Shown here: piece by piece, positions 14,420-25,401 of the stretch
How the letters are laid out: every line of letters starts with the position of its first letter
Numbering within the stretch: the first letter of the stretch is position 1
NCBI RefSeq assembly: GCF_009914755.1
Contig: NC_060948.1
Length of the DNA: 64,000 bases
Source of the DNA: the human T2T-CHM13v2.0 reference genome, Homo sapiens
Strand: one strand, 5' to 3'
The notes under the pieces: model-generated
What the model was told of the DNA's origin: nothing
Database searches by the model: none
The model's input: only the letters and a program-made list of their open reading frames with translations
Program-made: the position numbers and the translations under genes

Positions 14420-14494
14420 ATGGCAGACGCCCCTCCCCCAGCCTCACTGCTGCCAAGCAGTTGGATCTCAGACTGCTGTGCTAGCAGTCAGTGA
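14420..14494 (+). pseudogene. L1 antisense ORF0 remnant, 24 codons then TGA
   Basis: MADAPPPASLLPSSWISDCCASSQ* matches the ORF0 N-terminus (MAGAPPPASLPPCSLISDCCASNQR). Confidence 0.75.
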
Positions 14495-14959
14495 GGCTCT
14501 GTGGGCATGGGACCTTCCTAGCCAGGCATGGGCTATAATCTCCTGTTGTGCTATTTGCTAAGGCCATTGGAAAAGCACAGTATTAGGGTGGGAATGTCCC
14601 GATTTTCCAGGTACTGTCTGTCATGCTTTCCCTTTGCTAGGAAAGGGAATTCCCTGACCCCTTGAGCTTCCCAGTTGAGGTGATGCCCTGCCCTGCTCGT
14701 GGGCTGCACCCACTGTCTCACAAGCCCAGGGAGATGAACCGGGTACCTTAGTTGGAAATGCACAAATCACTTGTGTCACTCACGCTGGGAGCTGCAGATT
14801 GGAGCTATTCCTATTTGGCCATCTTAGAACCTCCTCATAAATAAGTCTTATAAATAATTTGTATAAATTTTAATAAGATTAAGTTCATAAAAAATAAATT
14901 TGTTTACTTAGTGCAATTTAAATTAAATACACATTTTAAATTAAAAATTTTAACAATTT

Positions 14960-16257
14960 ACTAGCCTCACCATAAGCTTAAATTGAAAAGCATACCATGG
15001 ATACACAAAAAATTAAAAGCAAGAAATTACAGTATGCCACCAGAGAAAATCACTTTTACTAAAAGGAATGCAGAATGGAATGATAGAAGAGACCACAAAA
15101 CAACCTGAAAACTCACAACAAAATTGCAAGAGTAAGTTCTTAATTATAATAATAACATTGAATGTAAATAGACCACATGCTGTAGTAGAAGACACAGAGT
15201 GACTGAATAGAAGAAAAAACAATATACAATAGTCTGTTGTCTTCAATAAACATTTACCTATAGTCATACACATACTTTGAAAATAAAGGAATAAAAAAGA
15301 TATTTTATGGCAACAAAAAATAAAAAAGAGCAGGAATAGCTATACTTAGACCAAATATATTTTAAGACATAAACTCTAAGAAGAGACAATAAAAATCATT
15401 TTATACTGATAAATGGGTCAGTGCAGCAAGAGAATATTATAATTGCACCTATATTATACATGTATATGTAAGTATGTATGTATCCTACACCAGAACACAC
15501 AGACATATAAAGCAAATATTATTATAGCTAAAGAGAGAGATAGATCTCAACCTGTATTAATTTATATTGCAGAGCTACAGAGAAAGAGAGATACACCTTA
15601 ATTTGTACAATAACTAGAGTCTTCAACACCCCACGTTGCATTTGGACATATCTCCAAGAAAAATAATGAAGAAAAAAAATAGATCTGAATCTGCACTTTA
15701 GTACAAATTGTGGTAATAGATATTTATAAAACTTTTTGTCCAATGGCTGTAGAATATACATATCTTTTCTTCAGTGCATGGATTATTCTCAGTAATAAAT
15801 TATATGTAGGGTCACAAAAAAGTCTTAAGACATTAAAGTAATAAAGAATTTTATCTGTCACAATGGAATAAAACTAGAATAACAAAAACATTTTTCAAAC
15901 TATGCAAACACATGGAAATTAAACAACATACTTCTGAATGATAAGTGGGTCAATAAAGACAGCAAAGTAAATAGAGCAATAAACAGTACTAAGAAGGATA
16001 TTTATAGCTCTAAGTGCTACATCAAAAAATAAGAAAATCTCAAATAAATAATCTAATAATTCATCTTGAAAAACTAGAAAAGCTGGAACAAACAGAATGC
16101 AAAATCAGTGGAAAAAAGGAATAATAGAGATCAGAGCAGAAATACATGAATTTGAAATGAAAAAATGCAAAAGATCAATGAAACAAAAAGTTGGTTGTGT
16201 TGAAAATATAAATGGAGTTGTCTAATCTTTAACCAGACTAGGAAAAAAAAGAGAGAT
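14960..16257 (+). mobile_element. Continuation of the old L1 (5670-8812): inter-ORF and ORF2 endonuclease
   Basis: ataataacattgaatgtaaat (ITLNVN), gagcaggaatagctatact, cacaatggaataaaactagaa, aagatcaatgaaacaaaaagttgg. Ends abruptly at ...gactaggaaaaaaaagagaga. Confidence 0.85.
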
Positions 16258-19200
16258 CTTTGGTGATATCCCCTTTATCATTTTTTATTGTATCCATTTG
16301 ATTCTTCTCTCTTTTCTTTTTTGTTAGTCTTGCTAACAGTGTGTCAATTCAATTTTGTTGATCTTTTCAAAAAACCAGCTCCTGGATTCATTGATTTTTT
16401 TGATGGTTTTTTTATGTCTCTATTTCCTTCAGTTCTGCTCTGATCTTAGTTATTTCTTGCCTTCTGCTAGCTTTTCAATGTGTTCACTCTTGTTTCTCTA
16501 GTTCTTTTAATTGTGATGTTAGGTTGTCAATTTTAGATCTTTCCTCCTTTCTCTTGTGGGCATTTTGTGCTATAAATTTCCCTCTACACACTGCTTTGAA
16601 TGTGTCGAATGTGTCCCAGAGATTCTGGTATGCTGTGTCCTTGTTCTGTTGGTTGCAAAGAATATCTTGATTTCTGCCTTCATTTCATTATGTACCCAGT
16701 AGTCATTCAGGAGCAGGTTGTTCAGTTTCCATGTAGTTGAGCGGTTTTGAGTGAGTTTCTTAATCCTGAGTTCTAGTTTGATTGCACTGTGGTCTGAGAG
16801 ACAGTTTGTTATAATTTCTGTTCTTTTACATTTGCTGAAGAGTGCTTTACTTCCAACTATGTGGAATAAGTGTGGTGTGGTGCTGAGAAGAATGTATACT
16901 CTGTTGATTTTGGGTGGAGAGTTCTGTAGATGTCTCTTAGGTCTGGTTGGCGCAGAGCTGAATTGAAATCCTGGATATCTTTGTTAACCTCTGTCTTGTC
17001 GATCTGTCTAATGTTGACAGTGGGTTTTAAAGCCTCCCATTATTATTGTATGGGAGTCCAAGTCTCTTTGTAGGTCTCTAAGGTCTTGCTTTATGAATCT
17101 GGGTGCTCCTGTATTGGGTGCATGTATATTTAGGATAGTTAGCTCTTCTTGCTGAATTGATCCCTTTACCATTACGTAATGGCCTTCTTTGTCTCTTTTG
17201 ATTTTTGTTGGTTTAAAGTCTGTCTTATCAGAGACCAGGATTGCAACCCCTGCCTTTTTTTGTTTTCTGTTTTCTTGGTAGATCTTCTTCCATCCCTTTG
17301 TTTTGAGCCTATGTGTGTCTCTGCACGTGAGATGGGTTTCCCGAATACAGCACACTGATGGGTCTTGACTCTTTATCCAGTTTGCCAGTCTGTGTCTTTT
17401 AATTGGCACATTTAGCCCATTTACATTTAAGGTTAATATTGTTATGTGTGAATTTGTTCTTGTCATTATGATGTTACCTGGTTATTTTGCTCATTAGTTG
17501 ATGCAGTTTCTTCCTAGCCTCGACGGTCTTCACAGTTTGGCATGTTTTTTCAGTGGCTGGTATTGTTTGTTCCTTTCCATGTTTAGTGCTTCCTTCAGGA
17601 GCTCTTTTAGGGCAGGCCTGGTGGTGACAAAATTTCTCAGCATTTGCTTGTCTGTAAAGGATTTTATTTTTCCTTCACTATGAAGCTTAGTTTGGCTGGA
17701 TATGAAATTCTGGGTTGAAAATTCTTTTCTTTAAGAATGTTGAATATTGGCCTCCACTCTCTTCTGGCTTGTAGAGTTTCTGCTGAGAGATCAGTTGTTA
17801 GTCTGATGGGCTTCCCTTTGTGGGTAACCCAACCTTTCTCTCTGGCTACTGTAAACATTTTTTCATTCATTTCAACTTTGGTGAATCTGACAATTATGTG
17901 TCTTGGAATTGTTCTTCTCAAGGAGTATCTTTGTGGCATTGTCTGTATTTCCTCAATTTGAATGTTGGCCTGCCTTGCTAGATTGGGGAAGTTCTCCTGG
18001 ACAATATCCTGCAGAATGTTTTCCAACTTGGTTCCATTCTCCCCATCACTTTCAGATACACCAGTCAGACATAGATTTGGTCTTTTCACATAGTCCCATA
18101 TTTCTTGGAGGCTTTGTTTGTTTCTTTTTATTCTTTTTTCTCTAAACTTCTCTTCTTCCTTCATTTCATTCATTTGATCTTCCATCACTAATACCCTTTC
18201 TTCCGGTTGATCAAGTTGGCTACCGAGGCTTGTGCATTCATCACATAGTTCTCATGCTGTGGTTTCCAGTTCCATCAGGTCCTTTAAGGACTTCTCTGCA
18301 TTGGTTATTCTAGTTAGCCATTCATGTAATTTTTTTTAAGGTTTTTAACTTCTTTGCCATGGGTTTGAACTTCCTCCTTTAGCTCAGAGTAGTTTTATTG
18401 TCTGAAGCCTTCTCTCAACTGGTCAAAGTCATTCTCCATCCAGCTTTGTTCCATTGCTGATGAGGAGCTGCATTCCTTTGGAGGAGGAGAGGTGCTCTGA
18501 TTTTTAGAGTTTCCAGTTTTTCTGCTCTGTTTTTTCCCCATTTTTGTCGTTTTATTTACCTTTGATCTTTGATGATGGTCATGTACAGATGGAGTTTTTG
18601 TGTGGGTGTCTTTTTTGTTTGTTAGTTTTCCTTCTAACATTCAGGACCCTCAGCTGCAGGTCTGTTGGAGTTTGCTGAAGGTCCACTCCAGACCCTATTT
18701 TCCTGGGTATCAGCAGCAGAGTCTGCAGAACAGCAGATATTGGTGAGCAGCAAATGTTGCTGCCTGATCATTCCTCTGGAATTTTTGTATCAGAGCAGTA
18801 CCCAGCCATGTGAGGTGTCAGTCTGCCCCTACTGGGGGGTGCCTCCCAGTTAGGCTACTCAGAGGTCAGGGACCCACTTGAGGAGGCAGTCTGTCCATTC
18901 TTGGATCTCCAGCTTGGTGCTGGGAGAACCACTGCTCTGTTCAAAGCTGTCACACAGGGACATTTAAGTCTGCACAGGATTCTGCTGCCTTTTGTTTGGC
19001 TATTCCCTGCCCCCATAGGTGGAGTCTACAGAGGCAGGCAGGCCTCCTTGAGCTGAGGTGGGCTCCAGGCAGTTTGAGCTTCCTCGCCATTTTGTTTACC
19101 TACTCAAGCCTCAGCAATGGTGGGCGCCCCTCTCCCAGCTTTGCTGCCACCTTGCAGTTTGATCTCAGACTGTTGTGCTAGCAATGAGTGAGGCTCCGTG

Positions 19201-19566
19201 GGCACAGGACCCTCTGAGCCATGTGCGGGATATAATCTCCTGGTGTGCCATTTGCTAAGACCCCTGGAAAAGTGCAGTATTACGGTGGGAGTGACCTGAT
19301 TTTCCAGTTGCCATCTGTCACCACTTTCTTTGACTAGGAAAGGGAATTCCCTGACCCCTTGCACTTCCTGGGTGAGGCAATGCCTTGCCATGCTTCTGCT
19401 GACACTGGGTGCACTGCAGCCATGGTCCTGCACCCACTTTCTGACACTCCCCAGTGAGATGAGCACAGTACCTCAGTTGGAAATGCAGAAATCACCTGTC
19501 TTCTGCATCGCCCACACTGGGAGCTCTAGCCTGGAGCTGTTCCCTGTCGGCCATCTTGGCTCCACC
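16258..19566 (-). mobile_element. LINE-1 L1PA4-like, 5' half only (5' UTR, ORF1, EN); 3' half lost
   Basis: 5' end GGTGGAGCCAAGATGGCCG on minus. ORF1 piece 17664-18188, EN 17008-17466 (MTRTNSHITILTLNVNGLN). No 3' UTR or tail. Confidence 0.93.
19117..19191 (+). pseudogene. L1 antisense ORF0 remnant, 24 codons then TGA
   Basis: MVGAPLPALLPPCSLISDCCASNE*. Confidence 0.7.
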
Positions 19567-19569
19567 AAA

Positions 19570-22500
19570 AGCCTGATCTTAATAGAACTTAGCTGTGAAT
19601 CCATTTTGACATGTGCATTTATTGTTGTTGTTGGGTTTTCCTTTTTATTACTGATTCTAACTCACTGCTTATTATTGGTTTGTCTAGAATTTCTATTCCT
19701 AATTTAAGAATTTTGAATGTTTCCAGAAATTTATCAATTTTCTCTATTTTTGAGTTTGTGTGCAAATACATGTTTATAGTAGTCCCTAAAGATATTTTGT
19801 ATTTCGTAGTGTTTGTTGTATTGTCACAGTTTTCATTGCTAATGAAGCTTGTTTGAATCTTTTTTTTGTTAGTCTAACTAGTAGCCTACTAATTCTATTC
19901 TTTTTTTTTTTCAAAAAAACCATTTTTTTATTTGTCTTTTGGTTTTTCTTTCTCTATTTTATTTAGTTCCACTCTGATCTTTGTCATTTCTTTTTTTTCT
20001 GCTAGCACTGGATTTGGTTTGTTGTTCTTTGCTTACTTTCATGAGGTGTGGTATTATGTTGTCAATTTGTGATATTTCAGACTTTTTGATGTAGGCATTT
20101 AGTGCTATAATCTTTCCTTTTAGCATTTCTTTTGCAGCATCCACAGGTTTTAGTAGCTTGTGTCACTGTTATTCTTCATTTTGAAAAAAAATTTAATTTT
20201 TATTTTGATTTTCTGGTTTATCCCAAAATCATATTTGAGTACATTGTTTAATTTTCAGGTTTTTGTGTAGTTTTAAGAGGTATTTCTTTTTTGGAATTGA
20301 TTTTTTTTTCCAATGTGGTGTGAGAACTTGATCTGATCTCAATTTTCAAAATTTATTGAGACATTTACTAGCCTATCATATGGTCTATCTCAGAGAATGC
20401 TATGTGTACTAATGAGAAGAAAGTATATTTCTATTCTAGATTTTAAGTTAGGAAGGTTGTATGTTTCCAAAAATGTATCTATTTCCTCTGGATTTTTGAG
20501 TTTCTGTGCAAAGATAAGTTCACAGTAGCTTCTAATAATATTTTGTATTGTGTAATATTGGCTGTATGGCCTCTTTTAATTTCTAATTGCGCATGTTGAA
20601 TCCTTTTTTTCTACTTCGGTGAATATTTTGTAAATACCTGTTACATCCATTTGTTGTACAGTGCAGTTTAAGGCCAGATATTTTTGTGTTAATTTTCTGG
20701 CTCAATGATCTGTCTAGTGCTGTCAGTGGAGCATTGAAGTCTTCCCATATTATAGTATTGCTGTCTGTCTATTTTAATTGGTCTATTACTAATTGTTTTA
20801 TAAATTTGTGAGTTCCATAGTTCAGAGCATATTTATTTAGAACTGTAATATTGTCTCATTGGGTTGATTCTTTTATCATTATATGGTAACCTTCTTTGTC
20901 TTTTTACACTATTTCTTGAAAGTCTGTTTATCTAAGAATGGATTCTCCCACACATTTTTGGTTTCCATTTGCATAACGTATCTTTTGCCACACCTTTGCC
21001 TTGGGTCTATAAGAATTAGAATTTTTACGGGTTAAGTGTGTCTCCTGAAGACAGCAGATAGTTGGTTTGTAATTTTTTATGCAATCTGTAAATTCATATA
21101 TTTTAAATTGAGAATTATTATAATTTACGTTCAACATCAATACTGTAATGCAAGGTACTGTTCCACTCATTGCATTGATTCTTACTTAGTGACTTTGTTT
21201 TATTCATAGCATTTTATTTTTTAAGCCTTTTGAATTTTATGCTTTGAGGTATTTCCACTCTGTTTCATACCAAAATTTGTTTTGGATTTAGAACTCATTT
21301 CAGCATTTCTAACAGGGCTTGCCTGATATTGACAAACTCCCTCAATATCCTCTCAACTTTTGCTGGTCAGAGAAGGACTGTTTCTCCTTCATTTATTATG
21401 CTTAGTTTTGGTGGATACAAATTCTTTGGCTGATTAGCTATTTTGTTTAAGAAGACTTGAGATAGGACCCCAATTTTTCCTTGCTTGTAATGTTTCCACT
21501 GAAAATTTTGCTGTTAGTCTGAAAAACTTTCCTTTTTATATTACCTAATGCTTTTATTTCACTGCTGTTAGAATTATTTTCTTCGTGTTGCATTTAAATA
21601 GTGTATTCAATACATGCTTTGTTAATGCCCTTTTTGCAATATATCTCCCAGAAGTTTTTTGAGCTGCTTGTATTTTTACGTTTAAATTTCTAGCAAAGCC
21701 AGAAAAGATTTTCTTAATTATTTTCTCAAGTGGGTTGCTCCAACTTTTTTCTTCTTCTTTTTCTTCAGGAATAGCTATATGTCTTAGATTTGCCATTTTA
21801 CATAATTCTATATTTCTTAGAAATTTATTTTTTCTTCATTTAATCTGATTGGGCTAATTTAAAAGCCTTTTCTTTAAGATTTGAAATTCCTTCTTCTACT
21901 TGTTAAAAATTTCCAAAGCATTTTAAAATTTCCTAAATGTGTCTTTGATTTCTATAAGTTTTGATTGGTTTTTCTCTAAAATAGTTATACCTAGAAACTT
22001 TTTTACTAATATTCTGAATTCCTTTGAAATTCCTTTTGTTAGTTTTTATCTTTCCCTTGTAGCTCCTTATGTAACTTATAAATGAACTTTTGAATTATTT
22101 ATCTGGTATTTCAAAGACTTCCTTTTGGTTTGTATTCATTGTGAAAGAACTAATATGTCCTATAATGGATGTTATTGAACTCTGTTTATTCATATTCCTA
22201 GAATGATTTTTTGTTTTCTTCTCATTTTTCTATAATTATTTTTGTATTCATTTTTTATTCAATGGTGTTTTTTTAAATTTCTTTTTTCCCATTGAGGCTG
22301 TGCCTTTAATGTTTTCCACTTACCATCACCTAGATTCAGCTCTGGGTGCTTTCAGTGGTAAAGACTCTATATGAGTTTCTTGGTTATAGATTATCTTTTT
22401 GTGATGGCTTTCTCAGATGCTGGTTATAGCAGTGATATGCTCAGTTTGTGGGCAGGTTTACTGTTTTCTCTGTGGCTGAAATAACAGAGGTCTCTTGAAG

Positions 22501-24300
22501 CTCCACAATAATTTTATTTTTTAATTTTTTTCCTTTTCCCCCCAGTGTTTCATTTACTGGGTGAAACAGTTTAGGCTTCAGGAAAGTAGAAAGTGTCCAT
22601 GGGTAAGAATCGGCTGCATCTAAAGCAGGTGGGTAAATGCAATACCAAATGGTGGGCAGAAGTCCCAGTTGACAGAGGTAGCCAGAGGAGCTCTCAGTGA
22701 AACTCAATGGGGACTTCTCAGAAACAAAAAAGGAAGGCACCTCAACTCCCGTGTTGAGTCAGCAAGAATGCAGTCCACCTCCCAGTCACACTCCTAACCC
22801 AGTGTTCCAGCTTTTCAAATCAGACAGGTACTTCTTTTTATCTGCAGACATGTTAATTTTCCATGTCGAGAGGGATTGCGACTCACCTTCATGCAAGCCT
22901 GAATCTTTATAACACTCCTTTTATGGCAATGCAGTCACCCTAAAATGTTTCAGAAAGTCTGACTACAAGTGAATCCACGCCAAACTCCTATGGAAGAAGT
23001 TCCAGCTCTGTCTGCAGTGGCGGGTGACGGGGAAAAGTCTCCTTCTCCAAGACCTTTCACAAGCATCAGGACTGCCTGTTGGGATAAAGCCATAGACTTT
23101 CTTCACCGATCCCCGCACTGCACTTGTGCCTCTGCTGCAAGAAATTTCTAACAGCAGGGTGCAGTGGCTCACGCCTATAATCCCAGCACTTTGGTTCTGT
23201 GTTACTGTCCCTGCAGGTGTAATGGACTTTGCTGGTTGGCATCTGACCAGGAGATGGCCCTTGCGAAGCAGCACCAGCTGTGATAATCATGGTGGAATTT
23301 CTGTTTGTTATGTCACTCAGTGTATATACTTTGGTGTCTCAAGCAATAGATGGAGCCATAAAGTCTGTACTCTGGCTCCCTATGTGCAGGTGCAAGTACC
23401 AGTTCCACTAGGAATCAGAGGACAGTACAACTGACTGTGAGGGAAATGTTCCAATGTGAATCACAGATGCCTCTGCTGCACAAAAGAAGTCACACAAGGA
23501 AGTGGGGTAGCAGGTGGCAGTAAGCCAAAGTCAGCTGCAATGAAGTTGTCATGGCAGGTCTTAGACTCATAATGTTTCCATAGCAACAATTAGCTGAGCT
23601 CCATCCAGGCAATCTATCCTTAGAACTCAAAATTTCCCCAGACTATAAGTCACTCCAACTAAGACTAAAACCATAGCTTTTATGTCATGCCCTCCTGTTT
23701 CAGCCATGAAGCAGGGGTGTCCAGCATCTGTACCTGTGGCTGTAGCACACTATTTACTCAACCCCCTGGTTCTGCAAAGGGAGTTCATTCCTACTCAAGA
23801 TTATATTATCAGTATTAGTTGAAGGCTTCGCTCAACTTGTGACCACTACCTGAGTTAGCCGGCAAACTTCCATTAGGCTCCCTGATAGTTAGGATCAGGA
23901 GTGGCTTCCCTCTGTGCTCATTGAAATCTGTGAGTGCACATAAAGCATGTGCTGATGCCACTCCTCACATATTCCCCACCACTCATTAAATAAGGTTCAG
24001 GACTAGGTAGTGTTAAGGCCTTCTCTCATGGTCTGGATTGCCAAGCTCACCAGTGGGAGTGTGTTATGGTGACAGTCCCTCTCCCTCTTATCCTCTGGAG
24101 ACTCAAAGTTTTTTTCTTGGCTCATGATGTAGGCCCACCACTTTTTTCCCAAGGTTCTGTGGTGTTATTCAGTTTTTCTGTTAAATTCCTGTGTTAGTTC
24201 CAGAAAAAAAAAATTCAGCATGAATATCTATACACTATTTTGTCTTTCCATGTTGGAGAGGCATGCTAATAGAACGCTTTCAACGCACCGTCTTGGAAAC
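19570..24300 (-). mobile_element. Older LINE-1 (L1PB/L1PA13-16-like): 5' UTR, ORF1, ORF2 N-terminus
   Basis: EN start MSGTVPCITVLMLNVN...TICCLQETHLT (20928-21170), ORF1 remnant (21554-21796), long 5' UTR ending ccgtcttggaa (CCAAGACGG on minus). Confidence 0.8.
23153..23194 (+). mobile_element. Alu 5' head only (42 bp)
   Basis: agcagggtgcagtggctcacgcctataatcccagcactttgg, then returns to L1 5' UTR sequence. Confidence 0.8.
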
Positions 24301-24304
24301 CTAA

Positions 24305-25400
24305 AAATGTAGTTCATAGGATATTAGAAATGTTTCAAAATAAAAAGAAAATTCTGGTTCAAACTAAGTAAACATTAAGTAGGAAAATAAAAGCGATGAG
24401 GTTAAAAGACATACAAATTTTATGTGATCAATAGCTAACTGAGATTAAATTTGCTTATAAAGTTTTATTGAAATTACCTTTAATATATTAATAATGCACT
24501 AATATGGACATAAAATTTGTTTTTCTCTTTAGAATAAAATTATCCTAGAAAAAATTTTTGGTCCAAGTGTTGTGGCTCATGTGTATAATCCCAGCATGTT
24601 TGGAAGCTAAAGCAGAAGGAACCCTTGAACCTAGGAATTTAAAACCAGCCTAGGCAATACAGGAAGACCCCATCTCTACAAAAAATAAAAATAAGTAACT
24701 GGGTGTAGGGAGTGTGCCTGTATTCACAACTACTCAGGAGGCTCATATGGTAGGATTGCTTGAGCCCAGGAGCTCATGGCTGCAGTGATGCCTGATTGTA
24801 CTGCATCACGCCAGCCTTTACACAGAGTCAGACCCTCTCTTTAGGAAATATTTTTTTAAAAACTTTTGAGTTAAATGAAAAAAAATGAGGAGAGATAGGA
24901 AGAGATAGATTTAGTCACTACACTTTATTAAATCTTTTGTTGAGAAACTGAACCTCTTAGTTATCAAAGTGTAAATGCCTATGCTTTTCAAAATCTTTAA
25001 CTTATCATTTTGGTTAAATGACAATCATTTTACAGTTACCTGTGATACAATTTTTAGCAAGTGTTTTAAACCTTTGATATCTGACAAACTTTTCAAAATG
25101 AAATTTCAAATTATACATTTACGTTTGTGAACCTTAAATTAGCTTCTTATATATTAGGGCTCCTACAAGTCCAAAAGAGATACGTTAGTCTTACTTGGTA
25201 TGTTAAAATCATATGGAAAGCCTTTTCAAATAAAAAAAAAAGTTTAACTTTTTGACTTATGTTTCTACAAATACGTCATTAGCATGTGTTCCAAAATTGT
25301 AAAAGATTCCTAAAATTACTTTGTCTTGTTATATGTTATCAATTATAATTATGATTATTATAAGTTTTTGTATGCCATACAGACAATTCTTTCTTGTCAA
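24305..25400. mobile_element. AT-rich non-autonomous ERV1 internal sequence (MER4-group-like); similar piece at ~36700-36920
   Basis: Resembles recalled MER4-group internals (agtccaaaagagata...cttggtatgttaaaatcata). No ORF support. Confidence 0.35.
24560..24845 (+). mobile_element. AluJ, highly diverged
   Basis: Dimeric with ctctacaaaaaataaaaata linker. J-type motifs aggattgcttgagcccaggag and ggctgcagtga. Confidence 0.85.
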
Positions 25401-25401
25401 T

